From assembly GCF_024256425.1 (NCBI RefSeq), contig NC_071110.1:2444274-2508273 (forward strand): DNA of 64,000 nucleotides, read 5' to 3'. The stretch's first letter is position 1. The number at the start of each line of letters is the position of its first letter. Positions 47,781 through 59,781 of the stretch are shown here, piece by piece. The notes beneath the pieces are model-generated. The model saw nothing but the letters and a program-made list of their open reading frames with translations, had not been told where the DNA came from and did no database searches. Source of the stretch: Clarias gariepinus. Its lineage: Eukaryota. Position numbers and translations under genes: made by a program.

Positions 47781-48380
47781 CTCTTTTTCAGTTCTTTCTA
47801 CTTCAGCTAAAACTGTATTGTGGCCTTTGTGTTCAAACATTGTACATAAATAGCAGATGAAGCTTTGGTCAGTACGACAGTAGATCTCAATCAGTTTGTC
47901 ATGCTGAGAACAGAACTTCTCTTGGAGATCTCCACAGGCTTCCACTAACTTGTGCTTCTTAAAGGCAGGAAACTCATAGTGACGTTTAAGATGATCTTCA
48001 CAATAGGAGGCCGGACACCCCAGACAGGACTTGACGGCTTTGCGTTTTCTCCCAGTGCAGGAATCACACTCCACATCTCCAGGTCCAGCGTAGCAGTGAG
48101 CAGGAGAAGCAGGCTGGAGTTCAGTCTTCATCAGTTTCTCCACCACTTCAGCCAGAATGTTGTTCCTATGTAGAACAGGCCTTGGAATAAAAGTCTCTCT
48201 ACACTGAGGACAGCTGTAGACACCCTTCACATCCTCCTGATCCCAGCAGCCATTAATACACACCTTACAGTAACTGTGACCACAGGAATTAGTCACTGGT
48301 TCTGTCAGGACACCCAGACACACTGGACAGCTGAAGTGATCCGCTGACAGCTTACCTACTAAAATATAGCCCTCTGCCAT
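47781..48380 (-). CDS. finTRIM-like gene exon 1: RING finger (C3HC4) plus B-box zinc-finger region, with start codon
   Basis: MAEGYILVGKLSADHFSCPVCLGVLTEPVTNSCGHSYCKVCINGCWDQEDVKGVYSCPQCRETF... is the typical fish finTRIM RING. ...[83 protein letters not shown] is the B-box. Donor gaaaaagag|gtgaga. Confidence 0.8.
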
Positions 48381-49777
48381 TTTTCTGCACTACCACACTG
48401 AGAGAAAGAGTGTCTGTTTGAAGGTGCACATAGAGATTGCTGAGTTTCAATTTCTTGTAAATGCACAGGAAGAAAATTTGTGGTTTAACTGACTTACTAA
48501 AAAGATGTTAAAAAAATATGTGGGGAATTACCCTGTACCCTGAGTAGCTTTTATTGATTTAAAAATGAATTAGTTTACAAATAATGCATATATAAATGTG
48601 TTTTTATATAATTGTTGCAATAATTGAGAGCACACAATGATTATGACAATGATGCAGTTAGCAACACAGATTGTAATTAAAGCTTTAAAAAAACTTTAAA
48701 GTTTAAGAAACTTTATAATGATGTAAGAGTTGTGAAGCAGCGCCATGAGGGGACAAATTAACAAAATGAAGTCTAGTTTCGAGGTGCATGTCAGTGCATC
48801 TGCCTGAGGTGCATTTTGGGAAACGAAATTCAAAACGTAAACTATGCCTGCATTCCATTCCGAAGTGTACTTCATAGTGTGCTCCCTACTCACTGCTTCG
48901 TTTGCAGGAAATGTCGGTGAAGGAAACTTCTCCCAACAAAACTCCACCATTCGAAACATGCTGCGAAGTCAGACGTCACTTCCTCCGTGCGTTACCATGG
49001 TAACATAAGCATCTCGGATAACTGTTGCTGCTGCTCTGGAAATTTCACACTACGGACATTAAATATTGTATATTTATTAAAAAAGAAAAACTGATACCTT
49101 TATTAAACATACTATTGTATTAAACATACTACTACGTGTATACCCTGGGAATGAATTATTGATTAATAATAAAAATTTATTAAAGATGTACAGAGATTTT
49201 TTTTTCTCATAGATTACTTGTCTATATAACATTAAGGATTTTTTTATTCAATTAAAATTTAAATAGTTTTGTCCTTTTAATATGATGTTGTTCTCTGTAA
49301 TAATTTATATATTTTTTGCAAGGCTGGTGTTCTGTCGATTTTTGCTGCCTTGTTGAAAAATGCTACCGTAGCACAAATCGATAGCAGAGTCTATAAATTT
49401 ACGCTACCGTAATTCGCACGGTAAACCTTTTCACCGGGGTAATGGCGCTTAAGTTAGTTAGGAGTTCATTCGCACTTGTTACTAAGGTTTTTGTAAATTA
49501 ATAAATGATGACCGAAATTATTGAAAAACTACACTACACTAGCTTTTCCACTCTACGTTTTTATTTTGCTCAATGTTAAGGCTCATTCATGACAATTTAC
49601 GCAGAAACTCAAATGTTTTGGTCAAAGTAAGCAAAGGAAAACGGTTTAAACCCACTTTTTTATTAACCGAAGTCTCAGCACGAAGGTAGCACGAAAAAGG
49701 AACACTACACACAATGCGGTATTAGATTTTCCTCAAGTCTCTGTCCCTCCGCTGTGTGTATTCATTCACAGGCTGCA

Positions 49778-49813
<36 letters not shown>

Positions 49814-50152
49814 GCACTCCTTCCCTGAGCCCTGGGTAAACATCTAATCACCGTCCATATGCAAATGAGTCAAGACGTAGCCTAACGTAGTGTCGTGTCG
49901 GAGTTCAGCGGAGTGGAAAGACTGAAGAAGCTGCAGTGTTTTTTTAGTTACAACGAACACAGTGATGAGTCCACGTGCGCTGAATTCGACAGACTGAAGA
50001 CAAATGACCGTTATCTGACAGACCCCTAGGTGAAGCCCCGCCTACACTGTAGCTCATGGATGAATTAGTGAAAGTTTTTCCGAAGAGAAATGGGAGACTG
50101 TTGTTGTAGAGTGGATTGGATAGAAGAGAGCTGTTCATTTTTTTTTTTTACT

Positions 50153-50154
<2 letters not shown>

Positions 50155-50220
<66 letters not shown>
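50155..50220. repeat. (TA)n microsatellite, about 33 units
   Basis: Perfect tatata run adjacent to the retrotransposon. Confidence 0.95.
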
Positions 50221-50223
<3 letters not shown>

Positions 50224-50483
50224 AGTCAAAAAATTACAGCAGGGAACTCTGAATAGTTACGGAAGGTTCAGCAGGAGACACAGGGCAGGGACTCAAAAAC
50301 CGAGTGAATAAAAGGGGAGAAAATGAACAGCTTAAATACACTGGGGGGGAAACGAGACACAGGTGATCTAAAAAACTAATGAGGAAACACAAGGAAGAAC
50401 TAAAGATAAGGGGAACACAAATGACCTCTAGAGGCCTGGGGAGAAACTACAGGAGGAACGAAAGGCTGACAGGACCCCCTCCT

Positions 50484-51194
50484 CTAGGAACGACTCCTGG
50501 CGTTCCTTTTCGCACCTCCCAATTGCCAAGTGCGGAACTCCCGGATTAAACTTGGATCCAGGATGTCCTTGGCTGGGACCCAAGAGTGCTCCTCCGGCCC
50601 GTAACCCTCCCAGTCCACCAGATACTGTAGTGAGTTCCGGATCCTCCGGGAGTCCAGTATCCGGCGGACTGTGTAGGCTGGCTGGCCATCGATGACTCTG
50701 GGAGGTGGAGGGGTTCTGCGTGGGGGGGCAAAGGGAGAAGACAAAATAGGTTTTACCAAAGAGACATGAAATGTTGGGTTAATTCTAAGGGAATAAGGAA
50801 GAAATAAACGATAAGAAACAGGGTTAACTTTCCTGGCAATGCGAAAGGGGCCAATGAACTTCTGAGACAACTTCCTCGATTCAACCCGGAGGGGCAGGTT
50901 CTTGGTGGATAACCAGACTCTTTGACCAGGTTGGAAGTTGGGCGCTGACCGGCGGTGGCGGTTTGCCTGACTTTGGTATCTTTTGGAGGATCGAAGAAGG
51001 ATTTGCCTAGCCTTCCTCCAGGTTTGTCGGCAGCGCTGAACAAAGCGTTGGGCAGATGGAACGCCCACCTGTGCTTCTTCCTCAGGAAACATGAGGGGGC
51101 ATACCCAAACTGACATTCGAAGGGGGACAGTCCAGTGGCCGAAGACTGGAGGGTGTTGTGTGCGTATTCCGCCCACAGGATGTAGGTTGCCCAA
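50484..51194 (-). CDS. Integrase C-terminus (GPY/F module) plus chromodomain
   Basis: [17 protein letters not shown]...[12 protein letters not shown] is the GPY/F module. [21 protein letters not shown] is a chromodomain. Confidence 0.7.
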   Translation of the reverse strand: MGNLHPVGGIRTQHPPVFGHWTVPLRMSVWVCPLMFPEEEAQVGVPSAQRFVQRCRQTWRKARQILLRSSKRYQSQANRHRRSAPNFQPGQRVWLSTKNLPLRVESRKLSQKFIGPFRIARKVNPVSYRLFLPYSLRINPTFHVSLVKPILSSPFAPPRRTPPPPRVIDGQPAYTVRRILDSRRIRNSLQYLVDWEGYGPEEHSWVPAKDILDPSLIREFRTWQLGGAKRNARSRS

Positions 51195-52222
51195 GAAGTG
51201 GGGTTATGGGCTGCCATGCACCGCAGGGTGGTCTCCAGATCCTGATTAATCCGTTCTGTTTGGCCATTGGACTCAGGATGGAACCCAGATGAAAGGCTGG
51301 CTGTGGCCCCAATCAGCCTGCAGAAGGCACTCCAGAACCAGGATGAGAACTGAGGCCCCCGATCAGAGACCATATCTAATGGCATACCAAAAATCCAAAA
51401 GACATGATTCATAAGGAGTTCAGCTGTCTCCTTAGCAGATGGCAGCTTGGGCAGAGGAATAAATCGGGCGGCCTTAGAGAACCGGTCCACCACTACCAGG
51501 ATGACAGTGTTACCTTGGGATGGTGGGAGTCCTGTAACAAAGTCCAGAGACAGGTGTGACCATGGCCTGCCGGGAATGGGTAAGGGATGGAGTAGGCCCT
51601 GGAGTCGCTGCCGAGTGGACTTTCCCTGGTTGCACACAGTACAGGCCTCCACGTAGCCCTTTACATCCACCTTGATAGATGGCCACCAAAATCGCCGCTG
51701 CAGGAACTCGAGTGTACGAGCAGTTCCTGGGTGGCATGTCAAGGAGGACCCATGACCCCACTGCAAGACCCGGGCCCGAGCAGAATGAGGGACGTATAGG
51801 CGGCCCGCCAAACCGCCTCCTGGATCTGGCTCATGAGCTTGAGCCCCCCGCACCACCCGCTCTAGATCCCACTGAAGGGGTGCAATGATCTTTGACCTCG
51901 GGATAATCTGGGCCAGCGGTTTCTCCTTTGTCTCGGGAAAGTAAGCTCGGGACAGGGCATCCGGTTTGACATTCTTGGCGCCGGGTCTGTAAGACAGAAT
52001 AAATTGAAAACGATTAAAAAACAACGACCACCAAGCCTGCCGAGGATTGAGCCGCTTAGCTTGCTGGAGATATTCCAGGTTCTTGTGGTCCGTGAGAACT
52101 TGGAACAGATGCAGAGCCCCCTTAAGCCAATGGCGCCATTCCTCCAGAGCAAGTTTTACCGCTAGCAGTTCTCGATCCCCCACATGGTAGTTCCGCTCTG
52201 CATCTGAAAGACGATAAGACAT
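50753..52222 (-). CDS. pol fragment: RNase H plus integrase (HHCC zinc finger, DDE core); frame-shifted relative to the neighbouring pol ORFs
   Basis: RNase H: [28 protein letters not shown]...[11 protein letters not shown]. Integrase: [10 protein letters not shown]...C..C; [13 protein letters not shown]...[17 protein letters not shown]...[11 protein letters not shown]. Overlaps ORF 52162-53484 by 60 nt and ORF 50484-51194 by about 440 nt, in different frames. Confidence 0.8.
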   Translation of the reverse strand: MSYRLSDAERNYHVGDRELLAVKLALEEWRHWLKGALHLFQVLTDHKNLEYLQQAKRLNPRQAWWSLFFNRFQFILSYRPGAKNVKPDALSRAYFPETKEKPLAQIIPRSKIIAPLQWDLERVVRGAQAHEPDPGGGLAGRLYVPHSARARVLQWGHGSSLTCHPGTARTLEFLQRRFWWPSIKVDVKGYVEACTVCNQGKSTRQRLQGLLHPLPIPGRPWSHLSLDFVTGLPPSQGNTVILVVVDRFSKAARFIPLPKLPSAKETAELLMNHVFWIFGMPLDMVSDRGPQFSSWFWSAFCRLIGATASLSSGFHPESNGQTERINQDLETTLRCMAAHNPTSWATYILWAEYAHNTLQSSATGLSPFECQFGYAPSCFLRKKHRWAFHLPNALFSAADKPGGRLGKSFFDPPKDTKVRQTATAGQRPTSNLVKESGYPPRTCPSGLNRGSCLRSSLAPFALPGKLTLFLIVYFFLIPLELTQHFMSLW

Positions 52223-53484
52223 GAAAGCACAGGGATTTGCAATTTACCGTCCTCACCTCTTTGTGACAGGATGGCCCCTACGCCTACCTCCGATGCATCT
52301 ACTTCCACCACAAAAGGTTTTTCTGGGTCAGGGATAGAAAGGATGGGAGCGGAAGTAAAACGGCGTTTGAGATCCTGAAAGGCCCCTGATGCTTCTGAGC
52401 CCCAGCAAATCTTGGTTCCTCCTCTCTTAGTCAGCGCTGTCAAGGGAGTCACCACAGAGCTAAAATTCCTAATAAACTTCCTATAAAAGTTTGAAAAGCC
52501 AATGAAGCGTTGGACCTCCTTGATGGAAGTGGGAGTGGGCCAATTCAGGACAGCCTCGACTTTCTTAGGGTCCATCTCCACATGGCCAGGTGTGACAATC
52601 AACCCAAGAAACTGAGCCTGAGTGACATGAAACTCACATTTCTCAGGCTTCACGTAAAGATGGTTATCAAGAAGTCTCTGGAGGACCCTGCTAACATGCT
52701 GCTTGTGCTCCTCTAGTGATCTTGAGAAAATGAGAATATCATCCAGATACACGAAGACGAATAAATTTAGCATATCCCGAAGAACGTCATTTATTAGAGC
52801 TTGGAATACAGCAGGGGCATTTGTGAGTCCAAAGGGCATTACCAGATACTCATAGTGGCCTGTGGGGGTGTTGAAGGCTGTCTTCCATTCGTCACCCTGC
52901 CGGATCCGAACAAGATGGTAGGCATTGCGAAGGTCTAGTTTTGTAAACATGGAAGCCTCTTGAAGTAACTCAAAAGCCGTGGCCATGAGCGGAAGGGGAT
53001 ATCGATTCCGAACAGTGATCTTGTTAAGGGCCCGATAATCGATACACGGCCTGAGATCCCCGTCTTTCTTTCCCACAAAGAAGAAGCCTGCACCGGCTGG
53101 AGAAGTAGAGGGACGGATGATGCCGGCTGCCAAGGACTCCTTGTAGTAAATGTCCATTGCTTTACGCTCAGGAGGAGACAAGGAGAAGATCCGACCTCTT
53201 GGAGGGGAGGAACCAGGGAGCAGATCAATGGCACAGTCATAGGAGCGGTGAGGTGGTAGGGAGGTGGCTCGGGATTTGCTAAACACCGTCTTGAACTGAT
53301 AATAGCACCTGGGAACTCGAGAGAGGTCAGTAGGCTCCTGAAGCTCTGGACTAGGTGAGGGTGGATTCAGAAGTACACAGGTAGCCTGGCAGGTGAGGCC
53401 CCAGCTAAGAATAGTGCTCGATGTGGGGATTGTGTGTGTGCAGCCAGGAGTAACCAAGGATGACAGGGGACTCAGGACAGTCAA
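52162..53484 (-). CDS. pol fragment: aspartic protease plus reverse transcriptase
   Basis: ...AIDLLPG... (protease-like), RT motifs [27 protein letters not shown] and [13 protein letters not shown]. Confidence 0.8.
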   Translation of the reverse strand: MTVLSPLSSLVTPGCTHTIPTSSTILSWGLTCQATCVLLNPPSPSPELQEPTDLSRVPRCYYQFKTVFSKSRATSLPPHRSYDCAIDLLPGSSPPRGRIFSLSPPERKAMDIYYKESLAAGIIRPSTSPAGAGFFFVGKKDGDLRPCIDYRALNKITVRNRYPLPLMATAFELLQEASMFTKLDLRNAYHLVRIRQGDEWKTAFNTPTGHYEYLVMPFGLTNAPAVFQALINDVLRDMLNLFVFVYLDDILIFSRSLEEHKQHVSRVLQRLLDNHLYVKPEKCEFHVTQAQFLGLIVTPGHVEMDPKKVEAVLNWPTPTSIKEVQRFIGFSNFYRKFIRNFSSVVTPLTALTKRGGTKICWGSEASGAFQDLKRRFTSAPILSIPDPEKPFVVEVDASEVGVGAILSQRGEDGKLQIPVLSCLIVFQMQSGTTMWGIENC

Positions 53485-53773
53485 TAAGATAGAAGGTCTC
53501 CTTCTACTGGTGTTGAAGAATGGTGAGTTGCAGGGGCTGAGTGGCCTCTGTTACTCTGCCTGGTTCCAGCGGTCTGCCGTCCAATGCTGTCACGGCCTGG
53601 GGATGAGACAGGGGTTATGTTGGGATCTTGAGTTGTTTAGCCATTGACCGGTCCAGGAAATTGCCCGCAGCACCAGAATCGATCATGGCTTGGACCGGAA
53701 GCTGGTGACCCTCCCAGGACAGTGGCCGGAATGGCTAGGACGGCATTAGTAGGAGGATATCTAATCTTCCCCA

Positions 53774-54223
53774 TCACAGCCCTCCCACAGCTGGGCGGGG
53801 ACCCCCATTTCCCGAAAGCTCAGGGCAAGAGGAGCGAAAGTGGCCAGAAGATCCACAGTAAAGACAAAGCCGCTCCCTCATGCGGCGTTCCCTCTCCTTA
53901 GGAGTGAGCCTGGAGCGACCCAACTGCATGTTCTCCGGGAAATCACAATGCTGTTCAGGGACAAGGGGCGCTCTAGGGGGCACACCAACTGGCGAAACAG
54001 ATCTGCTCATAGGTACTTGAGGTGGAGGTGCCTTACGACGAGCCAACCTCCGCTCTCTTAGACGATTGTCCAGACGGATGGCAAGGGTAATGAGGGTTAC
54101 GGCAGGAGACACAGGGCAGGGACTCAAAAACCGAGTGAATAAGAGGGGAGAAAATGAACAGCTTAAATACACTAGGGGGAAAACGAGACACAGGTGATCT
54201 AAAAAACTAATGAGGAAACACAA
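53774..54223 (-). CDS. gag remnant with a CCHC zinc knuckle; the N-terminus of the ORF runs into the LTR, so the gag 5' region is deleted
   Basis: [14 protein letters not shown]. The ORF starts inside the LTR sequence. Confidence 0.6.
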   Translation of the reverse strand: MCFLISFLDHLCLVFPLVYLSCSFSPLLFTRFLSPCPVSPAVTLITLAIRLDNRLRERRLARRKAPPPQVPMSRSVSPVGVPPRAPLVPEQHCDFPENMQLGRSRLTPKERERRMRERLCLYCGSSGHFRSSCPELSGNGGPRPAVGGL

Positions 54224-54302
54224 GGAAGAACTAAAGATAAGGGGAACACAAATGACCTCTAGAGGCCTGGGGAGAAACTACAGGAGGAACGAAAGGCTGA
54301 CA

Positions 54303-54450
54303 CATACATATATTACCTCCCTTTTTTACTCTTACATGAGTAATATTATGGATGACTACTTTTTACTTCTACTTGAGTAATATTATTTTAAAGTGCAGCT
54401 ACTTTTACTTGAGTAATTTTTTTGGCTACTCTACCCACCTTAGCTTATGA
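54303..54450. repeat. Triplicated tacttgagtaat(a/t)tt motif next to the LTR element; resembles hAT/Tol2-type subterminal repeats
   Basis: ttacatgagtaatattat ... ctacttgagtaatattatt ... cttttacttgagtaattttttt. Confidence 0.3.
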
Positions 54451-56768
54451 GTCCAGATTTACCCTATTCCACAGTTATGGGCACATCAGGGTAAGAAGAG
54501 AGGCATATAAATTGATGAGCTAATCGTGCCTAGCTCCTATTGTTCAAGACCATGGGAGCAGTTTTATCCTTTGGGAGGATCCTCAAAGGAAAATTAAAAA
54601 AATCAAAATGTCTATAGTAAGGTAAGGTATAGGCTGTACATTTGGAGAACAAGGGTCTAAAGGAGTTTAAGCCAGGGACTAAATGCCATTGAGACACCTA
54701 CAGTACACTGTAAAACATAAGCGGCCTCTACGTAAAAAAAAAAAAAAAGGTTAGTAACAAGTTGTAAAATTACTTAACTTTTAGGGTAAATTTTCTCAAA
54801 CTAAATATTTCACATTGAGGTTTAGTAGACACAAACATGTACTCGGTTCAAAATCCAAAGCTGACTCAACTTGTAATTTAACTATTTACTTTAAATTAGC
54901 TTGGGTACTATTGGTTGTGGGCCCAATCAATTATATTTGTATAGGGTTTACTTTCCCAGATTTTCATCTACTCAAAAAGGTAAGTCTCCCATTCTTTTAT
55001 ATTACAATATCATTACCATTTAAAAAAGCAATAATTAACTTTTTTTTTTCAATGTGTCTGACACAAAAAAGAGTCTATGGCAACAAGAGTTTGTTTTTCA
55101 ACATGTAAATCTAAGAGGAGAAAAACTCCAATAGAAATTGTTTGTATGGCTCCAAAGGTGTACATCCAGTCCTTTTAGAATTTAGTGTACAGAGCTCAAA
55201 TGTGACCAAACATAATTCCTAAAGCTGCTGCATAGTCACTCAGGCCCTCAAGGACTACAGTCCCCTCCAACAGCTTGGTCATGCTCCTCTAATAGCTCCA
55301 AAAGGCCAGCCGTCACCCACCTCTCCCAGTTCAGTCCACAGCAGAGCTCTAATCAAAGAGTAAAGACAAAGATAAATATATATTACAGAATATATAGTTA
55401 TGATAACAAATAAATATATGAATAAGGCAATACACCACAGGTGTTTCTGGCATTCTTCTGGAATTCTAATGATGGGTTAAAGCTACATATTGCTTCATAT
55501 TTAATAGGGTTTTAAATTTTTTAAGGTTTTACTTTAAAAATAATTCTCAGGAGTAAATTAACCGGGTATTTACTTAATTTGGTTTTTATACAGATACATT
55601 TACAGATATAACATCTATAGAAGCACCACTACTCCTTAACTGTTAAAAACTTTGAGTATTTCTTGTCCTTTTGCACAGTCGTATGTGGGGTGGAGCAGGA
55701 TGCTGTTTGAACTGCCTTTTTTTTGTAAGTTTACATTTGTTGGTATGTTTTTTTGTTTCTGTTTTGTTGTTCATCTGTTTGTTCTGCTGTTCCCATATGA
55801 TGTTAAAGAACAATAACAGGACTTTTTCTTCTGATATCTTTCCTCTTTTGACTTTTCTTTTAGTTATCTTTTCTTTTTAATGATTTTTTTCTCTTTTTAA
55901 ATATGTATTTTTCTTTTACTTAAATGTATCTTCTTAAATGTCTCTTTTTCTTTTCAAATATTTATCTTGCCTATACTGGAGCAGCATGGAATCACTCTGA
56001 TACTTATTACAGAACTGAAGTCTGCATGAAGAGTGATGGAACCAGGAAGCTTATAAAGAGGCGCAAACAGATGTTATGTGTTTTGCTTGATCGCCTGCCC
56101 GTTGTTGTCTCCTGGCAACCAGATTTGTCGTTGACCTCATGCCTGAAAATCCGGGGTTAGTGTTAGGTGTGGGTGTCAAATCCTATCCAGAAAGGGCCAG
56201 TGTGGTGAAGGTTTAAATTCCAACCAAGCAGAAGCCACACCTGATCCCACCTATTTAATTAGTTGATCTTAACTGTTAATGCGTTTTTAGGTGTGTCTTT
56301 TGCTTTGTTGGAAAGAAAACCTCCACCCACAATGGACATTTATGGATTAGATTTGACACCCTTACTAACACTCCCAAAATAGTCTGAGTAAAATTATAAG
56401 AGCAAACATATTCTAATTTTATTATTCATATTAGTTATTAAATTTCTAAATAAACAATGATAAAAAAATATTATAAATGTCTTAAGCAGGGGTGTAATTC
56501 TGAAACACTAAAATGCATTAGGAATAATGTCAGTTGATATGTACGTCACGTGTTAAATAATATCAGTTAATAACTTTTAAATTGTTGAAAAACTACAACA
56601 AATTTTTATTTGAAAGTTTTTATATATATATATATATAATAGACAATACACATTAAGACCTCCTGAGACACCATAGAAAAGCTTCACTTAGGAAAAAAAC
56701 AATTTACAGTTGTGCAGAAAAAAGATCCTTAGTCAGAAAAGTCAATCTCAACTTATATTTACAAACAT

Positions 56769-57301
56769 TCATTGTGGATCACATAACCTCACAGTGGAAG
56801 CATTCTTCCATATATAAAACCCAGCATATAGAGGCTGAGTGAATGTGGTGTGGACACTGTGGAGGAGCTTCATGGTGTCAGAGACGCTGTAGAAGGACAG
56901 AGTTCCTGCACTGTGATCCACATACACTCCTATTCTGGAGAATGCTGGATCTTTGACCACAGTCTTAAGGTCATCGTGCCAGAAAGAGACAGAGGAAGAA
57001 GAACACTGCAGACTCCAGGACTGATTGTTGCGTCCAAATCCACATTTAGTATCCTGTCCTTTTCTGCTAATCTCTTTATACGAGACTGATATGTACACAA
57101 ATATCTCACTGCTCCACTCCACCTCCCAGTAATGACGCCCACACACACTCTCCTTACACAACACTTGTTCCCACTCATCAAATCTCTCTGGATGATCAGA
57201 GTAGTCTTGTTTTGTCTCACTGCATGTCACTGCTCTGTTCTCCTCAGACAGAATGAGTTGATGATGTGCTGTGTTGGGATCCAGAGTCAGATAACAGAAA
57301 T
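56769..57301 (-). CDS. B30.2 (PRY/SPRY) domain exon of a second, truncated finTRIM-like paralogue
   Basis: Acceptor ctgttttag|. Encodes YLTLDPNTAHHQLILSEENRAVTCSETKQDYSDHPERFDEWEQVLCKESVCGRHYWEVEW...RIGVYVDHSAGTLSFYSVSDTMKLLHSVHTTFTQPLYAGF...LCDPQ. The frame is open. Confidence 0.7.
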
Positions 57302-58037
57302 CTAAAACAGTAAAATATCAGGGTTAGATGTTAAAACAAGGATTTGTAATAAGTGTGTGATAATATTTTAAACATTACAAGACATCAGTCAACATCATAC
57401 AAAATATATGAACACGTTTACAGACACCCACACCGCAGAAACTCTTCTCTGCTGTCCAGTTCTGAGGGCAAAATCATCTGAACTTCTGCAGCTGTAGAGA
57501 CATACAATGAAATTGTTGTATACACCATTGTATACCGTTTTCTCCAAAACTGTAAAAACAGTTTTTGGATTAAATTCCTATTTGTATAGTAAATTTACAA
57601 TGTTTATGCTTCCATGTTCATGCAGTCTGGTTTCTGCTTCCTTCTGGCTCTCATCACTGTGATGCAGAACAAATGTTTGTTTGTTTTCATTGTGGATGAA
57701 TTTTGTTCAATTTCCTACTCACAGATTTTCTTAGCTTGTTTTTCCAGATCTAGTAAAAATCTCGCCACTCCATCAAATGTGAGATGTTGACTGACAGTGA
57801 AGCTGGGTGAGTCCTCACATCCAGGAGAAACACAGAGAGACGGGAAACTCTACAGAGAGGAAACACATCATAGAGAAGGAGAAAAGTGTAGGAGAGGAAC
57901 GAATGAATCTCAGACTGAATCAGACCAAAGACACACTTGTGATCTCACACAGGAACATTTATTGTTGCTGTAATGAGCTTTTAGGAGGAAACTTTGTGAG
58001 GAACAGCGCCCTCTGTAGATCAGACAGTGAGTGTTAC

Positions 58038-58271
58038 CTGGAGGAAGTGGACGTCATTGTGTGTGTGTGAAAGATGCTCCAGCTCAGAGACTCTCCTCTT
58101 AAGATCAGCAATCTCCTGCTCCAGTTGCTTCAGGAGTCGTTCAGCTCGACTCAGTTCAGCTTTCTCCTGATCTCTGATCAGCTCCGTCACCTCCGAGCGC
58201 TTTTTCTCCATAGAGCTGATCAGCTCAGTAAAGATCGTCTCACTCTCATCTACTGCTCTCTGTGAATGACT
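58038..58271 (-). CDS. Coiled-coil exon of the second TRIM paralogue (234 nt, collinear with 45883-46116)
   Basis: ...MEKKRSEVTELIRDQEKAELSRAERLLKQLEQEIADLKRRVSELEHLSHTHNDVHFLQ|gtaaca. Confidence 0.65.
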
Positions 58272-58502
58272 CTGTCAGGACGTGTACAGAAACAAACACA
58301 CACTTCTTATATCTCACACTGAAGTCACTCTTATCCAGGAGAGGATACATCGATTTTTTTCTTTTTAAAAGGCTGGTTACTTATTTTTGTTACAGTCACA
58401 GAGAAAGAAGCAGCAAAAGAAGATTAGAAAGAGAAGAACAATCCATTTATAGATCAACATTGTGTTTGTATGTTTAGGAGAATCTCTGTGCTCTCGCCTC
58501 AC

Positions 58503-58598
58503 CTTAATTGTGTCCACAATCTGTTTCAGCTCCTGTACCTTCTTCTGCTTCTCCTGGATCCTCAGCTGTGATTTTATCTGCTCCTCCTTTAGCTCATT
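58503..58598 (-). CDS. Coiled-coil exon 2 of the second TRIM paralogue (96 nt)
   Basis: Acceptor cttag|. Encodes NELKEEQIKSQLRIQEKQKKVQELKQIVDTIK|gtgagg. Confidence 0.55.
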
Positions 58599-59781
58599 CT
58601 AAGACCAAATTAAAATACACGTCTTTATTTCTCCATCCAGGTCTCAGTGTGTTTGCTCAGGTTCTATAGAATTATATTTTTTAAATAGTAACACAACAGT
58701 GAAAAATACAAATAGGTGACAAGTAGAAACATTGCCTTTACAAGGTAAAAGTTAGAAACTAATAAAATTGCCAGCATTCATTTATTTGTCTTCATACTTC
58801 GCACTTTTGTATGTTGAAAACCGGTTTTCCGGTCTAGAATGGCAGCTGGCAGAAATAAAGTTATTAGTTCTATGTTAAAAAAGTTACTTCACATTAATCA
58901 GGAATAATTAAAAATTAAAAGACACCATAAATGTACCCACATCCATTTGTTTTGGTAGATGTTTTGATGTTAGACAGGCCATAAATTTCAGCGCTACTCT
59001 TCTTCCTAGGTACTTGTTATTTTGTCTAAACCCTGTTTCATCCTAAAGAAAAAGTTTCCACATGACCAGATTTTGAGCAAACATTTCCAGCTAAATATTT
59101 TGCACCTGCAAATCCTCTTAATCAGATGAAGCATTATGCAGCCATCTGCACAATCCTGTTTGTGTGTTTGATTTCCTCACACATCACTGAGTAAACAGGT
59201 ATACCTGTCTCTGATGTTCTGCACCACTGGTCAGGTAGTGACACGATTGAAATGTGCCAGTTTTTCTAATTACACAATTGGCGGTTACATTTAGAAGAAA
59301 CCCTTTCAACAGATGAGTTATTGTTTTTACATATAATCTCTATGTCAATCTCTATATCAAAAAGTGAACTCTTGGCTTCTATCAGTGCATACCAATGAGA
59401 TAACATCATGCACAACACGCCCCCGCTAGACAATGTCTTTCAAAACTCTTAGCCCTTCCCACATGGGCCATTCTCACACTTCAGCACTATTTATGTCCTC
59501 CAGACCTCCATGCAAATTGAAAAACATTCACCTGTCTAATAGAATGTCCCTTTATTCATTCATAAAGAGCACCATAATGCCACACTTAAAAACATTTCCA
59601 TGTATTCACTTTAGCTGTAAAATTCTTTAAGAAATGTGTGTTTGTTGACCATTTAATGCAGCACTGACTGGTCTGACCTGTTAAACACTTCTTTACCATC
59701 AACGCATAGAATTAAAAATAGAATAGAAACAAAGATTAGTCTCAACTGACATGTTAAAGAATAATGGCATCCAGTTCTCAC

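Larger units (their letters stand above)
50243..54302 (-). mobile_element. Ty3/gypsy (chromovirus-type) LTR retrotransposon; LTRs near-identical but internally defective (gag 5' part missing, pol frameshifted)
   Basis: LTRs of about 210-230 bp at 50243-50471 and 54091-54302, with 2-3 substitutions and one indel. A polypurine tract (agaggaggggg) lies just inside the 3' LTR. Internal order on the minus strand is gag(CCHC)-PR-RT-RH-IN-chromodomain. Confidence 0.8.
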
